Of a DNA stretch of 64,000 bases, positions 12,773 to 26,329 are shown piece after piece; the first letter of the stretch is position 1; every line of letters starts with the position of its first letter. The notes under the pieces were generated by a model, which was not told the origin of the DNA, searched no databases, and saw nothing but the letters and a program-made list of their open reading frames with translations. The stretch is from Lama guanicoe (lineage: Eukaryota), in the NCBI GenBank assembly GCA_013239625.1, contig MU054212.1, forward strand, positions 1,426,001-1,490,000. Reading direction: 5' to 3'. The position numbers and the translations under genes were made by a program.

Positions 12773-14407
12773 CCTTTTGTAATTGCCTGTTTAATTATCA
12801 GTAGCCCCTGCTGGGCTCTCCTTTCCTGAGCTGCTTCTGAATACTCTTGCCCTCAGGAAGGTTAGTGGCAAAGGCCTGGCACCTCTCAGAGGAGAGGCGA
12901 AGGGTGCCTAGTCCTCCCAGCATGGGGAGGGTGGTTGGTCTGATTCAGTGGCTCCATATTAGAAAGTCCACTTGCCTATGGTGTGCACTCTGTTCTATAA
13001 TACTAACCTTATTTAAAACAAAAGGGACATCTTAGTCTCCTATTTGCTTTACTTTTGCTTTATTTCATAATTGGTTCAGAACTCCAAACTTGGAAAAGGC
13101 ATGTTTGGGTTGGGGGATGAGCAGGGGGGACGTAGGGCTTTCAAGTGCTAATATTACTCCACACTGAGTTCATCATATTCTTATGCTTTCCCCCCCGCCC
13201 CCGCCCTCAAGAGTTGTTCTCTTTTCTGCTTTCTTTTACCTTTTTCAATGCCAGGCATCATTTTTTTTTTCTCTCAGTGATCTTTCTAGAGCTTAGCTAC
13301 TGCAAGAAGAATTTTCTGGAAACACTCAACCTGTGTTAATGGAATAATAAGGAGATTTTATCCAGTTTTCCCATTCTGTCTTGAGTATAAAGGGACACAT
13401 GGGTTCTTTTTAATTCCTATGGAGGAGGGAAAAGAAAGACTTTTCAGTCATGGCTGTGACCTATCATTAACTGAACAAAATTTCTCTAGGTACCATGGGG
13501 CAGTCCAAAGGAAGCAGAAAACAGATCTTACTGTCATGAAGTTTACCATTTAAGTAGAAGGATTGCATAAACAAAAGTTACATAAAATCAGAAAGATAAC
13601 AAAAGATATTTAGTAATACTAAATATCAAGATATATAGGAGATCTGCAGGAAGGATTTCAAATTTAACAGAGTGCTGGCATGACTGGATGGAGTGGGAAG
13701 GCTGAACTTGTGTTAGCTCCTAGCACACGTTAACTATGATTACCGCTTATGGAGGAGATCAGTTTATTCTTGGAGTAGGTCACAAAACCTGACTTACTCT
13801 TGCGTCTTATGCCCAAATAAATTGCTTTGTACCCCAAGACCTCTTAATCTGAGCTCTGCTCCACTAACTGTGCAGTTTTAGATAACCTTGGTTGGCTTAC
13901 TGTATAGATGTGGTCCTGGTTTCTGTTTTGTTTTATTCTTTTTGTTTTATCCTTTATATACATCTTGACCTAATTCATGAACTCAGTCCATAAACAAGAA
14001 GAAATATCACATTCTGTTTTTCCTTCAAATTTGCTGCTGAGCCCCTGTTCCATAGGTTGTCGGGACATTCAATATTAGTCATTACTAATGCTCTCTAAGG
14101 GCTCCCAGCCCAGGATTATGCAAGGGATTTAGGACTTGGCTGAGCATCAGGGAAGACCATCTAGACATTGGCCACCAGTCTGTTTCTCTGACCACAGAAG
14201 CTCATAGTTTCCTGGTCTTCAGCTTGGGAGTCTCTATGCTTAGAGCAGAGAAATCCTGGAGGAGGCTGAGGGAACCCTGGGCTTAGGTTGATTCTCCCAG
14301 CATGTCCCACAGAGAGACCATTTCTGAGTCTCATCACTTCCATGGGTCTGGGCTGCCTTCAGGACCCAGTTCCTTCTTTCTCCATTCCCCACAACACATT
14401 TCTCTTG

Positions 14408-14872
14408 TGTCCTAGGCTGAATTGTGTCCCCTCACCTAAAAATTCATATGTTGAAGTCCTAACCTCCAGCATGTGAGAACGTGGCTCTGTTTGGAAATAA
14501 GACCTTTAAAGAGATGATAAAGTTGAAATGAGGTGTACTCTAATCCAACATGACTGATGTTGCTAAACCCAAGAAGGCAGCTCTTCCAGAAGTGTTTAAC
14601 CAGTCGATACCTGGGAGACACTTGAGGGGTCAGTTGAGAAGATCTTGATAAAGAACAGGAGACACACGCAGAAAGAAGACGATGTGAAGACACAGGGAAG
14701 AGAAGGCTTCCACCTACAAGCCAAGGAGAGAGGCCACAGAAGAACCAGCCCTGCCTGCCAATACCTTCAATTTAGATTTCAAACCTCCAGAATTGTGAGA
14801 AATAAATTTGTGTTATTTGATCCTCCCCCTGTCTGTGGTCGTTTGTTCTGGTAGCTCCAGCTGACTAATATA
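14408..14872 (+). mobile_element. MLT1B-like MaLR solo LTR carrying a 101-bp foreign insertion
   Basis: tgtcctaggctgaattgtgtcccc...aattcatatgttgaagtcctaacc; caagccaaggagagaggcc; cctccagaattgtgagaaataaattt; ends gactaatata. Confidence 0.9.
14562..14662 (-). repeat. Right arm (inferred inserted copy) of the dispersed inverted repeat
   Basis: Reverse complement of 12424-12520; interrupts otherwise colinear MLT1B sequence. Confidence 0.97.
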
Positions 14873-17800
14873 CTTTGTATCCCCCCCCCGCCGCTTTTTT
14901 TTTGTAATTTGCTCAGGCTTTTGCATAGGAGGAAGAGCCTTTGGCTTTAGCTTCCAGTTTCCTCTCTTAAATTTCTGTGGCAAGAAAATAATAAGGCCAT
15001 TGCTATTTAGAAGGGATGGTAGAGTGGAGGCGAGGAAAGTGCAGTGGGAACCCAGGCAAAGTGAGGATTTTTAGTAAGTAATCCTTCCATTGTCTGCTTT
15101 CTTTCCCCCCACCGTTGTTTTCTCACTCCTGCCTGTTCTTCTCGTGACCAAACAGGTTTCTTGCCTTACCTACTCCTCTGTCCCATCTTCGTTTGGCAGC
15201 TGTTTGGTGCAAAGCTTCAGACGTTTAATTCTCCGTGAGCTGAATCGTATAGGAAGGACTGGAAGATTAGGGGGCCGTGACATACTAGACCCCAAAATGA
15301 CTTCTGACTACACTTGTATTCCAGGAGGGGATTTCGAGGATTTGTCCTGAGTATGGTTAGTCAAAGGTTATTTTGTAGAAACATCCTCAATTTTTATTGA
15401 AGCTCTGGCCAAGGTGTTAGCCAAGTGAGCCAATGGATTGTCGAGCCCAGTTTCCACATTCCTATTAAAAGTCAATTAGAAAAGATAGGATTTCCAAGCA
15501 GTTTATAGTCCACTTTATTTCCCTTCCTTTCTACCACCCTATGATTTTGGTAACTCTGTTACTCTGATTGGAAAAAATTGTTGTCTAGTGATATTAAAAT
15601 GTACAGCCACTGATAAACTGTGACCAGTTCTTGGCTTTTTGCAAGACTGGGAATATTAAGATGTCATTAAATATTTTATCTCCCTTCCTTCATGCTACGA
15701 CTTTAATGCTGTGTTCAAAGATCATTACTCAGTAACACTGGCAAGCCTCCTCTCCTTTGAAGACACTCTTTATAAGAGCATGTAATATTCATTATTACTC
15801 TGCTGCCTCCTTTTTTTCCATGATATTTCCACTCCTGACTCCATGTTGCACCCCCCCCACCCCCACCAAAAGGTTTCACTGAGGGCAAATTATTTTAGGT
15901 AGGACATATATATTATAGGAAGTTATAATTAAAAACAATCTAGACTTCCCACAATTCTTCATGAAAATTGTTAGGGTTTGTTTTAGAGTAAAATGTTTTT
16001 ACAGCACTGTGTTTTCTGGTTACTATAATGGCTTATTGATTGTGGGGGCTGATGTGCTGAGGTTGTATACATATACAGCTTTCAAAGAATGGGTCTGTAG
16101 GGTGGTTGTATGTTTTATCTGTATGATGGGACAGTCAGGGAGCAGGCTGCAGAAAGGAGACAAAAAGGCAGATGATAAAAATGTAAGAGACAAGGAGTGA
16201 GAAGGGAAAATGTCTGCAGAGCTGTTAGTCACAGGATGGTTGGTGTCTCCCAGTTTCCCTCCCTAGTGATTATTTTTAACAATAAGAAACATCTATGTCC
16301 TACTTGGGAGGGCTTAGGCATTACCTTGACAAAGGTTAAGAGGATGAAAAAAATGAATGCAGGTGCCGTTGAGGTCCTGATACAGCCTCCTTAGGGGGCA
16401 TCTCAAGAGGGATTACTCCCAGAACTTGACATCCAACAGGACCACTCTTGAACAGTTTGCTTTCAGTCTCACAAGTGATGGTCTTTTTGCCATCAGTTTG
16501 GTCACTAGGAAGCTTGGAGTCACTCTCTGGGCTCTCCTCTTTTGACCAGACAGGGTCTCATGCTGTGCACGTCTGCCTTCTGATCTTACCTCTGGCTTTT
16601 ACTAGCTTCCTCTCCTCAGTTACCTTTGCCCTGATTCTCTCCTCTATTTTATTCTTTTGTAATGTATATACTTTTGTAAGTTGCCTGAAGTCCTTTGTGG
16701 ATTGAGGTGAGGGTAAATATAGGCAAAGAAAAAATGAATTATAGAGTTTCCACAGCGCCTGACAGTTCTGTGTAATAGGATACTGGGAGTTTGGCCATGA
16801 CGAGGAATTTCTCTTTCCAAAGTATTTTGTATTTTGTGTTTATTAGACACTTGTAGCTATTTTTGGATACTAAATTTGAGCCATAAGTTCTGAGGTAGGG
16901 TCTGACACAATGACAATGGGACAGAATTTTTGCAATAGGCCTGCTAAATAGACGATGAATGGTCATAATATTTATAGATTAAATAATACATAAAGAGCAA
17001 AGGAAAAAGCAGGGAAGAGACACAACATAAATTTCTGCAATTGGAAAAGAGTTTAAGTTTTGTTTTACTAGTTACAGATAAAGTAATTTTAAAATTCATA
17101 ACATTAAACTACTTAGATTTTTTTTTAACAAGAGTGAAATATGACTTTTGGATTGAAATAATTTAATAATTTCTAAAAAAAATTAAAGACTATCTTCCTC
17201 CTTTTCCATTTCAATAAATTATGAATTTTGAGATGTAGTAATACCTGTTTTAAAACTATCAGATCTGAAATCTGAAATCCCTCATCTCTGCTTATTCTCT
17301 TTTTAAAAACAGATTTCTCCATGACCAGTGAGATATTTCCTGGATGATAACAATCTGATTTTATCTCATACTAGGATAAAGAAGTAGGTTTTGGCTTGCT
17401 CTTGGTGACTTGGCATTTCAGCTCTAATTCTGAATTTTATGAAGCACCAGTTTTTTTTCCCTTAACGTAGACCAGAGGTAGGGAAATGCTTTTCACACTC
17501 TCCTGTATACCCGGGAGACTCATTGCTGTCAGCCTGCATTCCAGTGCACTGTCTCACAGCCTCTCCTGAGGTTTCTGGAGTTAATGAAGTAAATCAAAAT
17601 CTCTGAGCAAAATGATTTCAGTCTCTGGAGGTAGAGTATGCCACGTGGGATGATGCCCAGATAAGAAACCATGATCAGATGTCCCAATGGCAGAAGTATT
17701 TGCTCAGGGTCTGAGCTGGGGCTGGTATGTAAACCTTAATCCTGAAATCTAAGAGGCTTTGTGTGCACTTTGTCAAAATACACTTCTTCATCCTAAGTAA

Positions 17801-18570
17801 TGTTTTAGGCAGCATATTGGCAATACAAAACATCTGAATAAAAGCAGTGATGGTATTAGTCACAATCCACCCCTTTCCCTGTCTTTAGGGATATGCGTGC
17901 ATGAAGCGCATGCTAAAACACACTTAATCTAATCACCTCCGGAGATTGAGAGGCATGTGCTCATATAAATGTCAAGTTGGGACATAATTTAGCTGATCTC
18001 TGGGGTTTATCGCTATTGCCAGACTCCCTCTTTATTTGATCTGGGGAAGCAAATGAAATGTGTCTCTTTGGTTCCAAACCAGGTAAAAGCAGGAGATTAG
18101 GATCTGTGAGTTTCTCATTTGGATACAATCATCATGCAACCAGCTCTGATTTAAGGAGGCTGCAAGGTTCCCTTTTTAAAAAATGTATGCACTTGGGAAC
18201 AACAGATAGGAACCAAAGTCAAATGAGCCTGGCCTACCCGTTACCTACTAGCTGGTGGTAGTTCTACTTGACGACATCACTGGATGTATTTAAAGGTAGT
18301 GAAGTGGAGGATTTAAGTAAAATAACAAAATTGTTCTAAAATGTTAGAGGGGAATACTCTCTTTGTGTACATCTGGCCCTGATCATTACTGACCATATGA
18401 GAGCTGAACTCCTATTTACTGCATTTGAGGTGCTTAGTTGTGGAGCTCTTATGCAGAAACACAGTGGCCTCGGGTGAAGAAGACAGCTTTGACCACATAT
18501 CAGGAAAATCAAGTCTCCATTATGCCTGCCTATTGGGCTGGGAGAGTGCATTCTGAAGGACAGTCTAAGA

Positions 18571-18769
18571 CATTATCATCACCTAGGGTGACTTTGCCCT
18601 GCGGGTGACAATTGGCAATGTCTGGAGATACACTTGACGGGATGGGTGTTACTGGCATCTAGTGAGCAGAGACGAGGGAGGCTGCTAGCCATCCTACAGT
18701 GCCATAGAGCTCCACAACAGTGAATTATTTGGCCTAAAATGTCAATAGTGCTGAGGTAGAGAAACTTTG
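18571..18769 (+). mobile_element. MER20 hAT-Charlie MITE
   Basis: gggtgactttgccc...ttggcaatgtctggagata...tactggcatctagtgagcagag...aaaatgtcaatagtgctgaggtagagaaac. Confidence 0.9.
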
Positions 18770-19662
18770 GCCTGGTGAAACATTTATGTTCTTTTCCCCA
18801 TGTATAGCTTTCACTAAACTAAATGAATGAATGTAAGAGAGAGAGAGGCTTGTCTCATCTTTCTAAATAAATGCAAGTTATATGATAACTGGGGTATTAG
18901 TATTCTAGATACACTGCAGAGACAAATTTTCAGCTGTGCGCTCTTTCCATTGTATCACTAAGCAGCAAGGCAAAAATGTTACCCTGAAATTACAGAGCAT
19001 ACATACATATCTTTCTAATGGCATGCAAGAAGTAAAAAAATAAAATAATAAAGCTTACAGAGGTCCTGTTCACAATATGAAATAGACACATCCAAAATTC
19101 CAATTTGTCGTCTCCTTAGTCCTATTCCCCTTAAAATACAGTTTTAGGTGGGTGTATTTACAATAAGCTGTTTCAATCATGTCAATATTCATAAGAATAT
19201 ATTTTAACTCTGTATGTAGACCCAGAAGGGAACGTTTTTTAGTATGATGAGATATTGCATAAAGCAGTTGATGCCTTGAAAATGGATCATTTCCTAAAGT
19301 GGTGCTGTAAATATTTTTGTTCAGTACACCAAGTTGCTGTTGGTGAGTCCCTCCACTCCTCTGCCTGTGCTGAGGCCACGCATTTCTTCTTCAGGCTCTG
19401 CCTTTACAGAAACAGCTTGCTGCATAAACAATCTTCTGTAGCTTGTCAAAGACTTAAAATAACCACCAACTCCTTTCAGTCCTACTTATAGAGAAATTAG
19501 TTCCCTTAATAGGATCCCATCTTGCATAACTGGCTTCTAGATTGGAATAGCTTTTTTTTCTTTTTCATTTATTTTGATCCTACATTTTGGTTTTAAGAGA
19601 AAGTATTTCTGTTTAGCAGTGACTGCTTCATAGTATCAGCCAGTAGGCATTTACATGATTGT

Positions 19663-19918
19663 TTTATTTATTTAATTAATTTTTTTTTACCATCTTAACT
19701 ATTTAAGTAATTAATTTATAAGTTGTAGTATAGTTGATTTACAATATTATATTAGTGTCAGGTGTACAACACAGTGATTCATAATTTTTTATAGATTACA
19801 CTGCATTCAAAGTTATAACATTGATGACATTGCCTGTGCTGTATAATATATCCTTGTAGCTTATTTATTTTGTACACAGTAGTTTATACCTCATAATCCC
19901 CTACCCCTATCACGCCCC
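19663..19918 (-). mobile_element. Short 5'-truncated L1 3' end (artiodactyl-type)
   Basis: tagttgatttacaatattatattagtgtcaggtgtacaacacagtgattca; T-rich tail on the left; exact 11-bp TSD tacatgattgt at 19652-19662 and 19919-19929. Confidence 0.9.
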
Positions 19919-20059
19919 TACATGATTGTAGGCTGAATTGGTGTGAAGCCAACCTGGAAATCTCTGAGATGACCAGTGTTCCTTAATATCTTATGTGGAA
20001 AGCAGTATAATTGAATTTACCTATATCCCAATGATAAAGAAACTTGGGGCCAATTGAGG

Positions 20060-20250
20060 GAGGCAGCATGGTGTAGTGATTAAAAAGACTGGATTTGGAA
20101 CTGTGGCTCTAAAATGCAGTGACTTATGTGGATATTGAGCAAGTTACTTAATTTAAATGGTCCTCGAATCTATTTATAGGATGGATATCATAGTATCACA
20201 TAGGTGGTCATGAAGATTAATAAGGGCCCAATAGGCAGTAGCTTTGAGAA
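20060..20250 (+). mobile_element. MIR SINE, diverged
   Basis: aggcagcatggtgtagtgattaaaa...ttgagcaagttacttaa...gtcatgaagattaa. Confidence 0.65.
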
Positions 20251-20434
20251 AATGAGAGATGCAGTGCCATTCTTTGGAGCTCTCTGTTCCATCACTTCCT
20301 TCCTTACATTGATGAGAACCCTCAGTCAGAAGTGAGAGCTGAGTACCAAGTGTTTTTTTTTGTTTGTTTGTTTGTTTGAGTACCAAGTCTTGCACTTCCT
20401 TAGATCCATTGAGGAACTGGTCAACTTTTGTTCA

Positions 20435-20542
20435 GCTCTTGATCTGCAAATTCCTATGACTGACATCGTCAAAGGGTAGAAATCCTTGGCCCTTGATCTG
20501 CAAATTCTTATGACTGACATCATCAAAGGGTAGAAATCCTTG
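20435..20542 (+). repeat. 54-bp tandem duplication, two copies
   Basis: 20435-20488 and 20489-20542 differ at 3 positions (unit gcYcttgatctgcaaattcYtatgactgacatcRtcaaagggtagaaatccttg). Confidence 0.95.
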
Positions 20543-23001
20543 AAGAGCTGGTCTGTCTTTACACCCCAGTTTCTCCATAACCTGAATAAGCTTGAATTTC
20601 ATTCAAGCGTGAATCAACCTGTCTCTTCCCTCCAGCTTTCCAGGTCCCCAGGTTTTGTGTCTGCTTATTCTGCTCATACCAGAGCATTCCCCGAACGTGA
20701 GCATCTTTCGTACTGTGGTAAGGTGGTGAACCTTGTCCCTTTCTGACATGATCAGAAATCTAGTGATCTTGAAAGATCTGCCTGACATCTGATGATGCTT
20801 GCTTATTTTCCACCTTGTACTTCCAACGCCAGTTCTCTCTCCTGATCCTCATCTTTTTTTTTTTTTTTTGGTAAGTGATCTATGTTGGCCTATCTTTGGA
20901 TGTGATTGATAATTTGAAGCTGCTTCCCTAATTGGAAGCATTGGCTACCAGTTTTACTCTATCTTGTCATTAAGGCCTCAGCCTCTTTCTTCTTGGTGAT
21001 TAAAAAGATGGTGTGTGTCCTATTTTCTTCATAAGAGATAGAGGTAACTCTGTAACATAGGCAGCAATCTACCAGATTATAGGCTTTTTGGATAGCAAAA
21101 ATGGTTTGTCCATCGTTTTATCTTTAGAGCCAATGAAAAAGAAGGTATGGAATAGATACTTGCTAAATGAATGTAGAAAGATGTAGGTAAATGTGTCTCT
21201 TATATAATATTGTACTTGTTTGGGATGTTGAGTGTTCTTTAGGGGAGGATGCAGTAGGTAGGATGTATGGGGGGAATGGCATGAGGGAGGTGTATGGTGA
21301 TCAGAACACTAATGCCCATGTGCTATTGAAGGCAGTTAGAACCTATATGACAGACGATGAGAAGCCACTGCAGAGATTTTAGCTGAGGAACATTGTCCAG
21401 TTATTAAAATCTGTCAATAGGTATAATTATTGCCTTGAAATGCTCAAAAATATTCAGAGAAAATTACTTTGAACTGACTTTCAGTTAAAACAGTTGTATT
21501 TCTGTATAGCAGCTCTTAAATTATGTAATGAGATAAGTGAAATCAAGTGGCAGAATGTGGCTGGCATGCAGAACTATGGATGCAGAAGCCCTTTCCTTTG
21601 GTCTCAGAAGATACCTTTCTCTTTTTTTCTGATTCTGGGGCTTTTAGACCTTGAAAGGCATTTACTTGTGGGAACCGAGGGCTGAATTGCTTCTAGGATG
21701 CCGAACTTGCTCATGGGGAGTTGTGGGGATTATTCATTACATTAGAGTGTGAACAAAACTTTCCTAACAGGAGAACCCAGATGCAGAAAGGTTGTGTTGA
21801 ACTCTAATCATTCATTTCAGCAATTCTTTAGCTCACAAATCTTTATTTTAATCTAGACTGTAGCCCATCTGCACAGAAGAGGTAGTAAAATCGGTAAATG
21901 AATTCATATGCACACTCTTTAATTTATTATTGGTTGTAATGTTGACGTGGTCATATTTTATGTAGGGAGAAGAGTATAATAATTGCACTAACAATTTATA
22001 TACATATGCCCTTTCAAGAATTAAAATTTCTCTAGTAATGGCCAAGAACTATTTCCTTAAAACAAATGTGGTATTGTTATAAGACTTTATGCCCCCTCCT
22101 TTTTTTTTTTTTTTACTAATTACAGTTTTAGAAAGAAATTGATTTGGAGTTCTCTGTATTTTCTTATAATTAGAATTTTAAAAGTATTAATTTTACCAAG
22201 AGTATCATTTTTTATGACTTTTTTTGGTGAGGTTATAGGATGGTGAATTGTTATATGAATTGGAAATAATCGTTTTTGGCCATTTTTTAAGGGCTATGCA
22301 AAAATGCCATTTGATATGGTTTGAAAACTTTTAATCCCCTCTCCCCCTCAAAGGTGGATCTAGAGGAGAATAGGATAAGATTATCTGGACAATATCTTTA
22401 GATATTTTGCTTTGTTTGCAAGCATATTTAGTAGTAAAAGCTTCTAAGCAATGAAGATATTTTTCTATGTAACTGGCTCCTAAAATGTTATTAAAGAAAA
22501 TTATTTGTACTGAATACAATTTTATTGTTACAAATATTTTATTTAAGATGAGAGAAACAGTCTAAGCTACAGCTTATGCAAAACCATTTAGAGCACGATT
22601 GCACAAAGGGTCTTTAGTTGACCTCTAATAAGTCTGGCTGTCACAACCCATGTGACCTTGGGGCTGCCCTTGTCACAGGCTCCTGTTCCATCATCCTGGG
22701 CTACTACTTGGTAGTGGGTCAGCCACTGAACGCCTGCTGAGAGCTCAGCAAATGAGATGACTGAACATGTAGATTTTCAGTGTAAACTACACAGATACAG
22801 AATTTATGCTGATTTGGTTCTTAGCATGGCTTACTATTCTAGCCTGTTTTATTCTCAGACGAGTAAGATCATTCTGAATCTTTATTCTTTCTGGTCTTCA
22901 GATGCTATCTTGAGGGGCAACCTTTGGATCCAAACTGGGCTAAGAAGATCCACCTAATCCTTAATTGGCAGATCCTTTGGGATAGAATGCCTGGAAAATC
23001 C

Positions 23002-23125
23002 TCCATTCATTCATTCATTTATTCACAGAGTAAAAAAGTATCTGAGTACCTACTATATTCCGGATAGCATGTTAGGGATACAATAGCAAACCAGCCACAG
23101 CCCTTAATCTCAGTACATTCTCTGC
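23002..23125 (-). mobile_element. L2 LINE 3' end
   Basis: (cattcatt)n tail followed by tatctgagtacctactatattccggatagcatgttagggataca. Confidence 0.75.
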
Positions 23126-23899
23126 CTGAGAGCATTAATCTGGCCTCATTCTTTCAGCTTTCCTTTCTTTGTTCTCTGTTTGACTTATGGAATACATTCT
23201 CTCCTTTTTTCCTTCGGTGCACGTTTATGGCCATCCTTATACACTGCGCTTCCCGTGGCAACTCATTGCTGGCTCCAATTTGGCAGGTAGTTTATTACCT
23301 GCTCCATTTTATAGATGAGGCAGTAGAGAGCTCTTTTTTTTCTTCCTACATTTGAACAAAGACTGTAGACGTTAAAGCTGCAAGCAGGGAGAGAGATGAA
23401 AGTGTTCCTCTGCATTTGAGGACACAAAATTCGGGCCTTTCTTGGAGTTCAGAAAAGCCCAAAATTGAGTTGCTCAAAAAATAATTTTTCTGTTTATAAT
23501 TAGTTCTAGGTTGGGGGAAAAATGACAAACCTCATCCAGATGTAACTTCATTGACCACTGGATGTCACTATTGCTCCATATAAGTACTGTGGACATAGCT
23601 ACTTGGCTTGAGGATTTGGTTTTGTAAGTCTGTCTCTGCATTTTTAACACTCTTGCTTTGTCCAGTTTGCATTACAGTCACTCCAGATTTTCTTTGAAAC
23701 AAGGTTGGATTACAAATAAGCAACTCAACAAAGAAATAAAATTCATCTTACCAAGGAGTAACCATGCTTGATGATCTGATTTAGGTGAGGAAGAGATGCT
23801 TGGGCACTTGCAAATTGTCCTCAGAATAACCTGATGGAAAGCATCATTTCCCCTTTGTCTGAATACCTAGGTTGTTAAGAGTCTGTACCATACAGGGAC

Positions 23900-24085
23900 T
23901 TAGCCTAGTACTCACGGAACTGAAGAGTCCCATTTTAGAGGTCGCCTCTTCCAACATTCTGCCTAAGGCAGGAATCCCTTCTAGGACCTGGATAAATGAC
24001 CGCTTGCTGCTGTTTGAGTACCCCCAGAGACCATGTTCACAGTGTCACCAGGCACTCCATGCTGCAGTGCTAGATTGAACTGGAA
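23900..24085. mobile_element. Possible CR1/L3-type ancient LINE fragment
   Basis: gcaggaatcccttctagg...ctgtttgagtacccccagagac...ttcacagtgtcaccaggcactcca resembles recalled L3/CR1-derived sequence; weak match. Confidence 0.35.
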
Positions 24086-24824
24086 GGGATACAGGAATCT
24101 TTCTTCAGCTCACATTTTTGTGTTCTTTTACGAATGTTATGTGATGTTATAAACTTGTTTCTAAAAGGTGCTGTGGGAATTTAGAGGAAGGGGCTTGGCC
24201 CAGGCTAGGGTCTGTGAGAAGGATCAGTTGTGGAAGGTTTAGTTCCTGGAGCAGGCTAAGTGGGGCCTGGGAGGGAGGCCATGAGCCTTCTCGCCTCCCT
24301 TGGATCATATAATGTAGTAGATGCTTCCTCTGCCTGCTCTCAGACACCGTGCTTTTTATGGAGATGCTTCTGGTAAGCATAGGAGGAGTTTGACGAATTC
24401 AACAGTGGTTAAATTTAATTAATATAGTTTCTCCCCCTAGAGCTATGTAAAGGTGAAATCCCATAATTGAATCCTAGTTTTGCACTGGCTTCTGGCATAG
24501 AACGGTAGGACCACTACTACAGAAAAGCTTTGCGTTTTAAAGCTGGGAGAAGGCACTTGCTGTTTCTACTCCCTCACAGCCACTCTTTCAGTGGATACTG
24601 CAGCTTACCTACTGGCAGGAGCATCTCTCCAGCCTTCATCCCTTCATTTAGAAACCCAAGCTCAGGTCTGCCCCCTAGAGACACAAATGATGGATGGGAT
24701 GAAGAACTCCCTGAATTTTTACAAGCCCCAATGCCCTTAGGGACAAGATGCTTTTTATCCATTACGAATGGATATTTTTATTTGGCTCATATCCAGTTCA
24801 GAATTTTAGTGGAATGCCTAAAAT

Positions 24825-25065
24825 CACATGTAAGCTCTGGAATCCAACAGATACAGACTTAACTTTTGTCTGGGCCTCTTTCTACCTGTGTAACCTTAGG
24901 CAGATTACTTAACTGCTTTAAACTTCAGTTATCTTTTTTGAGAACGAAGACAATGATAATCATAATGTTAGTCCTCTAGGGCTGTGCTAAGGATTAAATG
25001 GGAATGCATTTGGGGGTGTGTAGCACAGTCCCTGCATGTGACACATGCTCCAAAAACGCTATCAG
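24825..25065 (+). mobile_element. MIR SINE
   Basis: aagctctggaatcc...tacctgtgtaaccttagggcagattacttaac...aggattaaatggg. Confidence 0.75.
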
Positions 25066-25174
25066 CTAGTACTGAGCTGGATAAAATGACTCAAGAAAGG
25101 ACAGAAGGAACTTGAGGTTGACATTGTAACTATAAATTTCAGAGTCCCCAGAGAGTAAATAATTGTATCACAGC

Positions 25175-25390
25175 ATTTACTCATGTAATAAGCATTTTTG
25201 AAAGCCTTTTATTTGTCAGGCATGATATATGGGGGAGGACCCAGTCTGTGTTCAGAGGGCTGACAGTGGAGTTGCTGAAACATACCAACAGATAATTATA
25301 ATACATGTGGTGGATGCAACAGCAGAAAAGTGGACAAGGGTTAGTAGATAGTACCAAATAAAGAGACTCAAAATTCCATGGATACAAATT
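25175..25390 (-). mobile_element. L2 LINE fragment
   Basis: taataagcatttttgaaagccttttatttgtcaggcatg...ttcagagggctgacagt...acagataattataatacatgtgg. Confidence 0.55.
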
Positions 25391-26329
25391 TAATGTATTA
25401 AATGCATCTCACTGACTTTTAAAAAAATTTTCTGGATTCTGTTATTGCATAATCCAGGCATTTGGACTGTTGGTAAAGAGGTGGTTGTGTAAACCTGGCA
25501 TCGTGTGAAGCTACTGTGCCATTCCAGGATATGGAGTTACTGTGGAAGCAACATACCTAAAAAGTGCTTTAAAAAAATGAAGCTTTCATGTTCCTTCACC
25601 ATATAAATGTTTATGTTCAGAGCAATAAAATTAAGATTGCCAAAAGGATAGTACAAGTGCATTTATATTTCCAGTAGACAATACCTTTCTTGTCTGAATA
25701 TGCTTCCAATCATACTTGCTGGGCTTTTACATAAATCACCTCAATGTTTAAATCAGTTTAAGCTTTATATGAGTACATACTGTGCAGATTAAAAAATATG
25801 TAGAATCAGTTTCCTTTAACTCAACTAATTATTATAGTGGTGCCATATAAATTGCATACTAGTGACTGCCTCTCAGGCCACATACTTCTTGACAAATGTT
25901 GAATGTTGAACTATCATTTTTATCTTCCCCATCTAAAACGTTAATTGCAGCCAAGACTTCAGAATTTATTTACTAGCAACATATTTTTATAATTGTACAT
26001 TTAACCAGCATTGTTGAGCACCTACAATGTACAAAGTACATTAAACATGAAATTGCAAACAGTTCCTTTTTTCAATTAGCAAACGTCAACATTGAATTGT
26101 TTCAGTCAACTTGTTTGCTTAACATGATGTATGCACCATCTGCATAGAGACAAGAAAGTGTGTGTTTCTTAGAACAATTGTGGAGGTTTATACTCATTGG
26201 CTTCAAAAAACCCACTGAAGTGATCCAGGTTCTAATTATATGTATCAGGGGCTCTCATAAAAAAAAATGGTGGGGGTGGGAAATTCAGAACTTCCAACAA
26301 GTATATGCAATGAAGGAGAAATATCTCAA

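Noticed and set aside
12521..14561. Inversion of the 2-kb segment between the inverted arms
   Set aside because: The MLT1B left half (inside the segment) is colinear and co-oriented with its right half (outside), so the segment is not inverted in this haplotype.
20435..20542. CRISPR-like repeat array
   Set aside because: Only two directly adjacent copies with no spacers, in a mammalian context.
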